Shown here: positions 24,929-34,101 of the stretch, in pieces
How the letters are laid out: each line of letters begins with the position of its first letter
Position numbering within the stretch: the first letter of the stretch is position 1
Source: an uncultured Myxococcaceae bacterium
GTDB lineage: Bacteria; Myxococcota; Myxococcia; Myxococcales; Myxococcaceae
DNA length: 46,068 nucleotides
NCBI GenBank assembly: GCA_964596895.1
Contig: CAZQVZ010000001.1
Coordinates: 1 to 46,068, forward strand
Direction of reading: 5' to 3'
Notes under the pieces: generated by a model
Databases searched by the model: none
Told to the model about the DNA's origin: nothing
The model's input: only the letters and a program-made list of their open reading frames with translations
Made by a program: the position numbers and the translations under genes

Positions 24929-26188
24929 ATGAAGCTGAAGCGACGCCAGGTGCTGTGGATGCTCGGAGCGGGCGGCGTGACGTTGGGCGGGATGCGGCAC
25001 GGGTTCGTGCGCGCGGCCAGGCCGGCGGCGCCGGACGGTCCGCTCTCGAAGGAAGCGCAGGCCCTCTACGACCGTGCCTGGGAAGGGCTGGACCCGCCCC
25101 AGGTGCTCGACACCCACGCGCACGTGGTGGGCCTGGGGACCGGCGGCAGCGGCTGCTGGGTCAACCCCAACATGCAGAGCCTCCTCAACCCGCTGCAGTA
25201 CGCACGCTTCGCCATCTACAAGCGCGCCGGCGGCGTGACGGACGCAGACGACGCAGACCGCCAGTACGTGGAGCAACTGGTCGCGCGGGTGCGTTCGCAG
25301 ACCCCCCACGGGCGGATGCTCATCCTCGCCTTCGACTGGGCGCACGACGACTCCGGCGCCATCGACCGCGCGGCCACCGAATTCCACACGCCCAACGACT
25401 ACGTCCTGCAGCTCGCCCGCGAGTTCCCCGACTGCTTCGTGCCCGTGGCCTCCATCCATCCGTATCGCAAGGACGCGGTGGACGAACTGCACCGGGTGGT
25501 CGAAGCCGGCGCGGTGGCGGTGAAGTGGCTGCCCAACGCGCAGGTCATCGATCCCGCGGCGGCGCGCTGTGACGACTTCTACCGCGCGCTCGCAGAGCTG
25601 GAGGTGCCGCTCATCTCCCACGCGGGCGAAGAGCGCGCGGTACACGCGGAAGAAGCGCAGAAGCTCGGCAACCCGCTGCGGCTGCGCCGGCCGCTGGAGG
25701 CGGGCGTCAAGGTCGTGGTGTCCCACTGCGCCTCTCTGGGCATGGGCGAAGACCTGGACGCCGGAGAAGGCGCGCCGCAGGTGGAGAACTTCGACCTCTT
25801 CCTCCGGATGATGGACGAGCCCCAGTACGAAGGCCGCCTCTTCGGGGACATCTCCGCGCTGCCCCAGTTCAACCGCGCCGGCAAGCCGCTGCAGCAGATG
25901 CTCGAGCGGACGGACCTGCACCACCGGCTGGTCAACGGCAGCGACTACCCACTCCCGGCCATCAACGCGCTCACCCGCACCGGCGTGCTCGTCGGCCTGC
26001 ACTACCTCGACGACGCGCAGCGCGAGCTGTTGAACGAGCTCGACCAGCACAACCCGCTCGCGTTCGACTTCGCGCTCAAGCGCACCTTGCGCCTGAAGAC
26101 CGCGGACGGGACGGTGCAGGCCTTCGCGCCGGCCATCTTCCAGGCGCCGAACGGGCTGTTCCCGAGGCTGCCACCACCGCCAGCCTGA
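24929..26188 (+). CDS. Tat-exported metal-dependent amidohydrolase (TIM-barrel, Amidohydro_2-like)
   Basis: MKLKRRQVLWMLGAGGVTLG twin-Arg signal. LDTHAHVVG (HxH), ...ISHAGEE..., VVVSHCAS and NGSDYP metal-ligand-like positions. Confidence 0.8.
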   Translation: MKLKRRQVLWMLGAGGVTLGGMRHGFVRAARPAAPDGPLSKEAQALYDRAWEGLDPPQVLDTHAHVVGLGTGGSGCWVNPNMQSLLNPLQYARFAIYKRAGGVTDADDADRQYVEQLVARVRSQTPHGRMLILAFDWAHDDSGAIDRAATEFHTPNDYVLQLAREFPDCFVPVASIHPYRKDAVDELHRVVEAGAVAVKWLPNAQVIDPAAARCDDFYRALAELEVPLISHAGEERAVHAEEAQKLGNPLRLRRPLEAGVKVVVSHCASLGMGEDLDAGEGAPQVENFDLFLRMMDEPQYEGRLFGDISALPQFNRAGKPLQQMLERTDLHHRLVNGSDYPLPAINALTRTGVLVGLHYLDDAQRELLNELDQHNPLAFDFALKRTLRLKTADGTVQAFAPAIFQAPNGLFPRLPPPPA

Positions 26189-26221
26189 CCTCCTTCGCCC
26201 CGGCGCGGTAGCCTCACCCGG

Positions 26222-27736
26222 ATGCGAAATACTCTCTGGATGTTCGGCGCGGCGGCGCTTCTCTCTGGCTGCGCTTCGACAGGCGCCGCCTCCACGGCAG
26301 CCTCCGCGCGAGCCTCCGCGCAGCCGAACGAGCCCGTCGCGCCCGCGCAGCCGCGTGTCGCGCTGTTCGATGCCGGGAGCCGGACCTTCGCGCACGCCCA
26401 CCCGAGCGTGCTCACCTGGACCCCGGGCACCTCCGGAGGTGGAGGGGAGCTCCGCTTCTACTTTGCTTCTCGACCCGGGGAGCGGCTCCGCTTTGTGGCC
26501 ACCTGTCGGGCCGAAGAGCGCGCGGAGCTGGCGGGGCCGGTGGAGTGCCGCGGATACACGGAACGGAAGATCTCGGTGCGGCCGCAAGGCCCCGGGCGCG
26601 TTGAGGTCCTCCTGCAAGGCGATGGTTGGGCGCAGGGGAGCCCAACCTCCCTGGTCCTCCATCAAACCAACGGCGTCCGGGCCGCCTTCGAGCACTTCGA
26701 GCCGGCGGCCGGAAACAGCAGCCCGGAGACCCGCCACCTCGAGCCGCTCGTCGCCCCGTATCTGAAGGAGCTCGACCGGATGGGCCAGGCAGACCAGGAC
26801 CGGGTGGAGCGCGAGCTGCAGGCGCTCGGATGGGACCTCGTGGGACTTCCCCTGGCCACCGCAAAGTCCATCCGGGATGCCGTGGCAGAGAAGCCGACGT
26901 ACCTGCTCGGCGCCGCGGAGGAGGACAGAGAGCCGCTGCTGAAGACCTTCTTTCGAGAGGCCATCGACAACCGGATTCATGACCTCGTCGTCGAGCTGCC
27001 TCCGCTGCAAACGGACCTCGCCGAGGCCCGCTTCGAAACCCTGCAGCCTGGAAGCGGAGCCAGCCCCAGACCCACCGACGTCGTCCACGCGCGTCTGTCC
27101 GCCGCCACGTCGAGCGGAGCGGTGTTCCGCTCCACGCGCGGCGAACCCAGGGAGCTGCGCCTGGTGAAGGAGCTCCCCGCGCTCAGCGAGGCGATTTCGC
27201 GCATGCGCGTGGGAGAGCGCGCTCGAATCTGGGTCCCCGAAGCGCTCGCGTACGAAGGCAGGCCGCGCAGCCCGAAGGGGACCCTCGTCTTCGAGGTCGA
27301 GCTGGTGGACATCCTCGAAGAGCGCCGCGCGCCACCTGCGCCCCCGGATATCCAGGCCTCCCCCACGAACGCGCAGCGCACCGGGGCGGGGGTGGTGTAC
27401 CAGGTGCTGGACGAAGGTGACCGCGCCTTGCCCCTCCCGCGCAACTGGGACTCCGTCCGCGTCCACTACGTGGCCTGGTCCATCGACGGCGACGTTCTCG
27501 ACAGCTCCATTCCCCGCGCCCTCCCCACGTCCCTCTCCCTGAGTGGGGGCAACCCCTTCGCAGAGGTCCTGGCCACCCTCCACCCCGGCGCCACGGTCCG
27601 CTTCTGGGTCTCCGCGGAGCAGCGCCGCTACGCCCTCGCCTTCGGCAGCCAGGTGAGGGTCCCTGAGGAGACCGCGGCCCTGGAGGCAGCGCCGGACCCG
27701 GTCGTCTACGAGGTGCGGGTGGTGCGTCCGCGGTGA
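26222..27736 (+). CDS. Lipoprotein with two C-terminal FKBP-type peptidyl-prolyl isomerase-like domains
   Basis: MRNTLWMFGAAALLSGC lipobox. ...LSEAISRMRVGERARIWVPEALAYEG.....KGTLVFEVELVDI, and a second ...GAGVVYQVLDEGDG..P...DSVRVHYVAWSIDGDVLDSS.... Confidence 0.8.
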   Translation: MRNTLWMFGAAALLSGCASTGAASTAASARASAQPNEPVAPAQPRVALFDAGSRTFAHAHPSVLTWTPGTSGGGGELRFYFASRPGERLRFVATCRAEERAELAGPVECRGYTERKISVRPQGPGRVEVLLQGDGWAQGSPTSLVLHQTNGVRAAFEHFEPAAGNSSPETRHLEPLVAPYLKELDRMGQADQDRVERELQALGWDLVGLPLATAKSIRDAVAEKPTYLLGAAEEDREPLLKTFFREAIDNRIHDLVVELPPLQTDLAEARFETLQPGSGASPRPTDVVHARLSAATSSGAVFRSTRGEPRELRLVKELPALSEAISRMRVGERARIWVPEALAYEGRPRSPKGTLVFEVELVDILEERRAPPAPPDIQASPTNAQRTGAGVVYQVLDEGDRALPLPRNWDSVRVHYVAWSIDGDVLDSSIPRALPTSLSLSGGNPFAEVLATLHPGATVRFWVSAEQRRYALAFGSQVRVPEETAALEAAPDPVVYEVRVVRPR

Positions 27737-27835
27737 CCTCGGGAAAGCCGAGGTATGTGGACGTAACTTCCTTATTCTCTATATCCGGGCGTCCTGCGAG
27801 AGGTGCTGCACACGCAGTTCACGTCAGGAAACGAA

Positions 27836-28990
27836 ATGCAGACGCCTCACCCCGAAGTCCGACACCCGAGCACCCGCACCGCCTTGTTCATCCTCACCCT
27901 CGCCTTGACCCTGGGGTGTGGCTCTCCGGAGGGGACGGAGGATGGGCCGGACGCGGGCGGCGGCGGGGACGGCACTGACGCAGGCCAGACGGCCAACGCG
28001 CCGGAGGTCGAGAGCACCTCGCCCCTGGCCGCTGCGACGGACGTCGCCCTGAACGCGCCCATCACCGCGCACTTTAGCCAGGACCTCTCGCCCGTCTCCG
28101 TCACCGCGGCCACCTTCACCGTGACCATGGGGACCGCCCAGACGCCGGTCGCCGGAGTGGTCATCTACGCCAACCGGCGCGCCCACTTCTGGCCCGCCCA
28201 CAGGTTGCAGAGCAACACCGCGTACACCGCGACGGTGCACACCGGCGTCCTGAACACAGAAGGCGCGGCGCTCGCCGAGTCCCACGGCTGGACCTTCACC
28301 ACCGGTGACAGCGTGGGGCCGGGGCTGCCGGTGGACCTTGGGACCGCGGGCGGCTTCGTCATCCTCTCCAAGAGCGGCGTCTCCACGGTGCCCACCTCGG
28401 CGGTGACCGGCAACATCGGCGTGAGCCCCGCGGCGGCCAGCTACATCACCGGGTTCTCGCTCACCGTGGACGGGACGAACGTCTTCTCCTCGTCGCCCCA
28501 GGTGACCGGCCAGCTCTACGCCGCGGACTACGCCGCGCCGACTCCCGCGAACCTGACCACCGCCGTGGGTGACATGCAGCTCGCCTTCACCGACGCCGCC
28601 GGCAGGTCCTCCGACTTCACCGAACATGGCGCAGGCGACATCGGCGGGATGACACTCGCGCCGGGCGTCTACAAGTGGGGCACCGGCGTGCTGGTCCCCA
28701 CCGACGTCACGCTGAACGGCTCGGCGACGGACGTGTGGATCTTCCAGGTTGCCCAGGACCTGACCGTGGCCAACGGCGTCACGGTCCTCCTCTCCGGCGG
28801 AGCCCTGGCGAAGAACGTGTTCTGGCAGGTGGCGGGGAAGGTGGAGCTCGGCACCACCGCTCACATGGAGGGCGTCCTCCTCAGCCAGACCTCCATCACC
28901 CTGCAGACCGGCGCCTCCTTGAACGGCCGGATGCTGGCGCAGACGGCGGTGGACCTGGACGGGAGCACTGTGGTCCAGCCCGCGCCGTAG
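27836..28990 (+). CDS. Lipoprotein with an Ig-like (SbsA/Big_5-type) domain and a DUF3494 ice-binding-family beta-solenoid
   Basis: TALFILTLALTLGC lipobox. PEVESTSPLAAATDVALNAPITAHFSQDL...TVT... Ig-like. LGTAGGFVILSKSGVSTVPTSAVTGNIGVSPAAASYITGF ... GVYKWGTGV ... LNGRMLAQTAVDL are typical of DUF3494. Confidence 0.8.
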   Translation: MQTPHPEVRHPSTRTALFILTLALTLGCGSPEGTEDGPDAGGGGDGTDAGQTANAPEVESTSPLAAATDVALNAPITAHFSQDLSPVSVTAATFTVTMGTAQTPVAGVVIYANRRAHFWPAHRLQSNTAYTATVHTGVLNTEGAALAESHGWTFTTGDSVGPGLPVDLGTAGGFVILSKSGVSTVPTSAVTGNIGVSPAAASYITGFSLTVDGTNVFSSSPQVTGQLYAADYAAPTPANLTTAVGDMQLAFTDAAGRSSDFTEHGAGDIGGMTLAPGVYKWGTGVLVPTDVTLNGSATDVWIFQVAQDLTVANGVTVLLSGGALAKNVFWQVAGKVELGTTAHMEGVLLSQTSITLQTGASLNGRMLAQTAVDLDGSTVVQPAP

Positions 28991-29029
28991 CCGCCGCCGT
29001 CGCGATACGAGCCACCAACGCAGCCCCTG

Positions 29030-29063
29030 CGCCCGCGGAGCTCCCGCGGGCGTTGTGCGTTCT
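29030..29063 (+). terminator. Intrinsic terminator candidate
   Basis: CGCCCGCGG-agctc-CCGCGGGCG (9-bp perfect stem) followed by TTGTGCGTTCT. It starts 40 nt after the stop at 28990. Confidence 0.5.
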
Positions 29064-29075
29064 ACGGTCCCCGCG

Positions 29076-29990
29076 TCACTTGAAGATCGCCTGCCGCGCG
29101 GCATTGACGATGGCCAGCACCGCCGGGTGCTGGAGCCTGCGGTCCACCGAGATGGCGTAGAACTGCTGCACCACCTTCGGGAGCCTGCCCACCACCTGCA
29201 CGCCGTACCGCTTGCGGAACTCGCCCTCGAAGACGGTGGGCGTCGGGAAGATGCCGCGCCCCTCCTCGCCGAACGCGTACATCAGCGCGCTGTCGTCGAA
29301 CTCGGCCACCAGCGCCGGTCGGACGTTCTGGGTGTCGAACCACAAGTCGAGGCTGCGCCGCAGCGTGGCGTGCGCGCTCGGCAGCAGGCAGGGCGCACCG
29401 CCTATGGATTTGGGGAACCCGCGCCGAAGCCTCCTCGCCAGCTCCGGTCGGGCCACGAAGGTCGTCCCGCACTCGCCGAGCAGGTGGTTGAACGCCTGCA
29501 CCTGGATGCCGGGGCCCAGTGGCCGGTCCGCGAGCACCAGGTCCAACTCCTGCCCCACCAGAGCACCCATGAAGTCTTCGACGACGCGGTTCTCCCGGCA
29601 GATGAGCTGGACGGGGCGGCCGATGTCGAAGGCAGGGCCCACCAGCTTCTGCACCAGCACCTTGGGCAGGACGTCTGCCACGCCCACCGTGAGCCGCAGC
29701 GGCCTGTCGGACGGGCCGCCCTTCAGCGTGCTCATCAGGTCCTGGCCCAGGGAGAAGATGTCGTCCGCGTACCGGAAGACCGTCTGCCCCACCGGCGTCA
29801 GCACCAGCTTGCGCCCCACGCGCTCGAACAGCTTGACGCCCAGCACCTCCTCCAGCCGCCGCACCTGCCCGCTGATGGTCGGCTGCGCCAACCTCAGCTC
29901 TTCGCTCGCGCGCACCACGCTGCCGTAATGGGCCGTGGCCCAGAAGTAGAGGAGGTGGTGGTAGTTGAGCCATTCCATGGCGGGGACCAT
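29076..29990 (-). CDS. LysR-family transcriptional regulator (NhaR-like N-terminus)
   Basis: M(VPAM)EWLNYHHLLYFWATAHYGSVVRASEELRLAQPTISGQVRRLEEVLGVKLFERVGRKLVLT is a LysR wHTH closely resembling the NhaR INYNHLYYFW start. ATG 29990 has GGAG 8 nt upstream (alternative ATG at 29978). The upstream third of ORF 29076..30284 is rejected. Confidence 0.9.
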   Translation of the reverse strand: MVPAMEWLNYHHLLYFWATAHYGSVVRASEELRLAQPTISGQVRRLEEVLGVKLFERVGRKLVLTPVGQTVFRYADDIFSLGQDLMSTLKGGPSDRPLRLTVGVADVLPKVLVQKLVGPAFDIGRPVQLICRENRVVEDFMGALVGQELDLVLADRPLGPGIQVQAFNHLLGECGTTFVARPELARRLRRGFPKSIGGAPCLLPSAHATLRRSLDLWFDTQNVRPALVAEFDDSALMYAFGEEGRGIFPTPTVFEGEFRKRYGVQVVGRLPKVVQQFYAISVDRRLQHPAVLAIVNAARQAIFK

Positions 29991-30081
29991 CGCACGCGCT
30001 CCACACCGAAATGGCCGAAGGAGGCAACCCTGCCCCGCGTCGGCGCGAGAATACGGAAGGCCCTCACCCGGGAGTTCAGTG

Positions 30082-30540
30082 ATGTCCGTGAACGGAGTTG
30101 GCGGTCCCAAAGCGCCGCGCACCACCACCAGCAGGACGCCCGCCCAGCCGAAGGGCAGCAGCCAGGGCTCCAGCGAGGCAACCGGGTACGTGAACAGCAG
30201 CGCCTTCGAAGGCGACACCCGCGAAGCGCAGGTCCGCGACTTCATGGACAAGATGAAGCTCCTGCGCGACCACGGGACCGTCACCGAGACAGAGGGTCAG
30301 GGCACGTGGGTGGACAGCGGCACGCGCCTGACCGAGTGGGGCCATGAGCAGGTCGAGCAGAAGCTCGAGGCCCTGATGAAGGATCCGCCCAAGTCCGCAG
30401 CGGCCTTCGCGGAGAAGATGGGCGAACTGCAGAACTGGGCCGAAACCAACGCCTGGATGAACAAGAACCAGTTCGAGACCATGTTCAAGGAGCTGATGGG
30501 CAAGCTCGAAGAGGCCTCCCGGAAGCTGCACCAGTGGTAG
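30082..30540 (+). CDS. Hypothetical cytoplasmic protein, Ser/Thr/Gly-rich N-terminus and Lys/Glu/Met/Trp-rich helical C-terminus
   Basis: ATG 30082 with GGGAG 7 nt upstream. Divergent from the LysR gene (91-bp spacer). I recognise no motif. Confidence 0.55.
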   Translation: MSVNGVGGPKAPRTTTSRTPAQPKGSSQGSSEATGYVNSSAFEGDTREAQVRDFMDKMKLLRDHGTVTETEGQGTWVDSGTRLTEWGHEQVEQKLEALMKDPPKSAAAFAEKMGELQNWAETNAWMNKNQFETMFKELMGKLEEASRKLHQW

Positions 30541-30626
30541 GCGCAGGCGTCTGGCCAGCCTGACGTCCAGCGGCCTCGCCTTCCCCGCGCTTTGAAGTCA
30601 GGACCCGTGCGCTGCCGCGCGCCCCC

Positions 30627-31778
30627 CTAGCCCCGCGCCAGCTGCCCCCTCGCCGCCGCGCCCCCGGCCAGCTGGTCCAGCTCCGCGCCCACGGCGACCT
30701 CCGCCATCACGTCCGCCTCCAGCGCCTGGCTGCGGCTCAGGGACTCCAGCTTCCGCGACAGCGCGGTGAGCTCCGCGGACTGAAGCGCCTGCCGGCCGCC
30801 CTGCACGTCCTCCAGTGACGCGCGCGCCCGGCCGAGCAACGCCACCTCCGCCTCCAGCCGGGCCCACAGCCGCGCCTGCTCTATGCGCATGGCCTCCACG
30901 CGCGCCAACTCCTCGCGCGCCGCATCGAGCGCCACCTCCAGGTGCTGGCGCACCACCGCGTCGTCCGCTTCCTCCAGGTCCGCCTCGAGTCGCGCCACGT
31001 GCGCCTGCCCTGCCTCCAGTCTCGACGCGTCACCTCGCGCGAGCAGCGACGCCAGCCGCTCCGCCTGGTCCAGCGCGCCGGAGACCAGCCCGAACAGCGA
31101 CGCCACCAGCTCCGCGCGGGTCGTATGTCGCGGCAGCTTCGAGGTGAGGACGGCGCAGTCCTTGTGCAGCGCCACCGCCTCCAGGGCCAACGAACGCAGG
31201 CGCCCATCGGAGAGCGACGGGCGCAGCGCCCGGACCCGCTCGGCGAGCGCGTCCGCCGCCTCCGCGAAGTGCGCGGGGAGCTGCGCCACCGAGAGCAGCA
31301 GGCCAGACGCGGCGCCGACGAAGATGAACGCAGGCAAGGGCGGCACCCCGAGCTGCTCCAGCCGGAGGAGGAAGACCGCCGCGACCACCTCGGCCAACGC
31401 GCCCAGGACGCCTCCCGCTGCCGCCCCCGCGGCGATGCGACCGGTCGTCTGCCAGGGGGGATCGGCGTGCACGGCGTGGAGCCTCGCCCACACCAGGGTC
31501 GCGCCCAGCGCGGCGCCGGAGAACGCCGCCCCATGGGGCGCTCCCAGCAACCCACACAACGGCGCCAGGAACGCCCCCGCTCCCAGCAGGCCCCAGGGCT
31601 GGCCCCGGCCCGTCGCCACCGCCAGGAGGACCCCTGGCACCAGCGCGGGCCACAGGGTGACGTCTGACCACCGCAGGTAGCCGCCGAAGAAGAGGGGCGC
31701 GAACAGCACCATCGCCCCGCTGGCGATGACGCCGCGCCACACCGTGCGCTCGAACGCCGCCGTGTCTCTGAGGGTCAT
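30627..31778 (-). CDS. Membrane protein with about 5 N-terminal TM helices and a long C-terminal coiled coil (hypothetical)
   Basis: ATG with AGGAG overlapping the upstream stop. Gly/Ala-rich TM helices, then heptad-like ...ARLEADLEEADDAVVRQHLEVALDAAREELARVEAMRIEQARLWARLEAEVALL... Confidence 0.65.
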   Translation of the reverse strand: MTLRDTAAFERTVWRGVIASGAMVLFAPLFFGGYLRWSDVTLWPALVPGVLLAVATGRGQPWGLLGAGAFLAPLCGLLGAPHGAAFSGAALGATLVWARLHAVHADPPWQTTGRIAAGAAAGGVLGALAEVVAAVFLLRLEQLGVPPLPAFIFVGAASGLLLSVAQLPAHFAEAADALAERVRALRPSLSDGRLRSLALEAVALHKDCAVLTSKLPRHTTRAELVASLFGLVSGALDQAERLASLLARGDASRLEAGQAHVARLEADLEEADDAVVRQHLEVALDAAREELARVEAMRIEQARLWARLEAEVALLGRARASLEDVQGGRQALQSAELTALSRKLESLSRSQALEADVMAEVAVGAELDQLAGGAAARGQLARG

Positions 31779-31788
31779 GGGCAGGCTC

Positions 31789-33234
31789 CTAGTAGGCGTT
31801 GCTGGCGCCGAAGCTCTCGATGGACTTGCGGTCCATCTGCTTCGCCGCCTGGTTCATGTCACCGGAGTCCAGGTACGTGCGGGACTCCTCGATGGTGGAG
31901 CCGGCGAGCGCGCTGGCGCTGGCGCCGAAGAGGCCGCGGATGTTGTCGAACCCCAGGGACAACGACCGCCTGGCCTCCTCGCGCTTGCCCTGCCGCGCCA
32001 GCGCCGCGGCGAGCTGCACCTGGCGCGCGGCCTCGGCGTTGGCCGCGTGCGCCATCACCTCTTCGTCCGCGTGGTCCAGGGCCCGCCTGGCGTCCGCCGT
32101 CACCTGCCCGGTCAGGGACACCGCCGCCACCTTGCGCTCACCCGAGGCCACATCCGTCCACCGCAGCTCCGCCTTCACCGTCTCCTTCGGCGTGGTGCCC
32201 GCCGGACCGTCCACGCTGAAGCGCACCACCAGCCGGTTGTTGAGGCCGGAGGACAGGTCGTACAGCTTCAACTTCGCGCCGTCGCTCTCCCGCACAAACG
32301 ACCGGCCGAGCACCTCCTCCACCCGCACCCCGGGCGGCGTGGTCAGCCGCAGCTCCACATCCCGCGCCACCAGCCGCGAGGCCTGGTCCAGCTCCCGGGC
32401 GAAGATCTCCGCCAGCTTCGACGAGTCGCTCACGTAGCCGTAGAAGCCGCCGCCGGCCTCGGCCAGCGCGCCCATCAGCCGCTCGTCGAAGTCCGCGCCC
32501 ACGCCGAGCGACGTGACGGTGAAGCCGTGTTCGCGCATCCGGGTCACCACGCGGGTCAGCCCAGCGGGCGACACCTCCCCCATGGTGGGCTGGCCGTCGC
32601 TGAGCAGGACCACCCGGTTGGTGCGGAACGCCTCGCGGTGCGCGAGCCCCTCCACCAGCGCGCGCTCCAGCCCGCCGCTGATGTTGGTGGAGCCGTCCAC
32701 GCGGATGGTGTCGATGAACGCGAGCAGCGCCCTCCGCCCGCGCGCGTCCGCAGGGGTGCTCTGCAGGGCGGTCACGTTGCTGCCGTAGTGGACCACCGCC
32801 AGCCGGTCCTCTTCGCCCAGCTGCTCCACCAGCGCGCGGGCGGCGCCGAGCGCGTCGTGCATCTTCTGGCCGTTCATCGAGTACGAGCGGTCGATGACGA
32901 CCACCAGGTTCGCCGGGTTGCGCGTCGCCTCCAGGTCCCCGCGCACCGGCGCCTGCACCTCGAGGCTCAGGTAGTTGGGCGCGCCGCCGTTGGCCACGTA
33001 GCCAGAGGCGAGCTTGCCCGTCAGCGTCACGTCGTCCGCTGCGCCCGCGACGGTGGCCTCGGGGACACGGGTCACCTCGGCGGGCGCGGCGACGGCGTCT
33101 GGTGAGGTGGCGACGGCGACGGCGGTGGCGGTGGCGACGGGGGGCGGCTTCGGCGCTTCGGGTCGCGGGGCGGCGACGAGCGCCAGCAGGGCGAGCCCCG
33201 CCGCGGCGGAGAGGACGAGAGCGGTGCGGTTCAT
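31789..33234 (-). CDS. Secreted von Willebrand factor type A (vWA) domain protein
   Basis: ATG 33234 with GAGGAG upstream. Signal MNRTALVLSAAAGLALLALVAAP. MIDAS VVVIDRSYSMNG (DxSxS), ...VVLLSDGQPT... The C-terminal part resembles BatA/vWA-associated regions. Confidence 0.85.
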   Translation of the reverse strand: MNRTALVLSAAAGLALLALVAAPRPEAPKPPPVATATAVAVATSPDAVAAPAEVTRVPEATVAGAADDVTLTGKLASGYVANGGAPNYLSLEVQAPVRGDLEATRNPANLVVVIDRSYSMNGQKMHDALGAARALVEQLGEEDRLAVVHYGSNVTALQSTPADARGRRALLAFIDTIRVDGSTNISGGLERALVEGLAHREAFRTNRVVLLSDGQPTMGEVSPAGLTRVVTRMREHGFTVTSLGVGADFDERLMGALAEAGGGFYGYVSDSSKLAEIFARELDQASRLVARDVELRLTTPPGVRVEEVLGRSFVRESDGAKLKLYDLSSGLNNRLVVRFSVDGPAGTTPKETVKAELRWTDVASGERKVAAVSLTGQVTADARRALDHADEEVMAHAANAEAARQVQLAAALARQGKREEARRSLSLGFDNIRGLFGASASALAGSTIEESRTYLDSGDMNQAAKQMDRKSIESFGASNAY

Positions 33235-33356
33235 GGTCAGGCTCCTCGGGTAGGTGACGAGGAGCACTCTGCGCGCACCGCTTTGGGCGTCTCATCGGTC
33301 AGCGGGAGGAGGGTCCTCCCAACGTCCGAGGGTCCACCCGATGACCGATGCGCGCG

Positions 33357-34091
33357 TCAGCGCGCGAAGATCAGGAAGTACTGCTCGGGCAGAAGCTCCA
33401 CCCGCTCCACCAACACGAAGCCAGCTTCGACGAGGTCCCGCTCCACCGCCTGCGCAGGGAGCTTGTGGTCCTCCGGAGGCCCCAGCGCAGACTCCGGCTT
33501 GAAGTCGATGATGGCAATGCGCCCGCGCGGCGCCAGCTTCTCGCCGAGCCTCCGGAAGTAGGCAGGCCGCTCGCTGATGTGGTGGTGCGTGTTCACCATC
33601 AGCACCAGGTCCACCGCCTCCGGCAGCTTCGCGTCGTCGGGCGTGGCCTGCACCGACTTCAAGTTCGGCAGGCCCTCCCGCACCGCGCGGTCTCGCAGGT
33701 ACGCCACCATGTCCGGCTCGAGGTCGCTGGCGTAGACCACGCCGTCTGGCACCGCGCGCGCGAGCCTCACCGCGAAGTAGCCGGTGCCCGCGCCCACGTC
33801 CGCCACCTTCGCGCCGGGGGGCAGGTTCAGCGCTGACACGACCTCATCTGGCTTCTGCCACCCGTCGCGCTCGGGGGACTCGAAGCGGGCCACCCACGCC
33901 TCCGCGTCCTGGAAGCGCGCCTGGTCCATGTGGTCGTGGTGACCGTGACCGGGCCCGTGCCCGGGACCTCCGTGGCGGTGCGCGTCGTGCTCACCGGGCT
34001 CTTCGCGCGCGCCCTTCTTCGCAGACCGGGAGCAGGCGGCCACGAGGACCGCGACGAGGACCACCGCCAGGAGGATGAGGAGCGTGCGCAT
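33357..34091 (-). CDS. Class I SAM-dependent methyltransferase with an N-terminal lipoprotein-type signal and a His-rich linker
   Basis: MRTLLILLAVVLVAVLVAAC. HDAHRHGGPGHGPGHGHHDH. SAM motif I KVADVGAGTGYFAVRLA, motif II-like DLVLMVNTHHH. Confidence 0.85.
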   Translation of the reverse strand: MRTLLILLAVVLVAVLVAACSRSAKKGAREEPGEHDAHRHGGPGHGPGHGHHDHMDQARFQDAEAWVARFESPERDGWQKPDEVVSALNLPPGAKVADVGAGTGYFAVRLARAVPDGVVYASDLEPDMVAYLRDRAVREGLPNLKSVQATPDDAKLPEAVDLVLMVNTHHHISERPAYFRRLGEKLAPRGRIAIIDFKPESALGPPEDHKLPAQAVERDLVEAGFVLVERVELLPEQYFLIFAR

Positions 34092-34101
34092 GCCCGCACC
34101 C

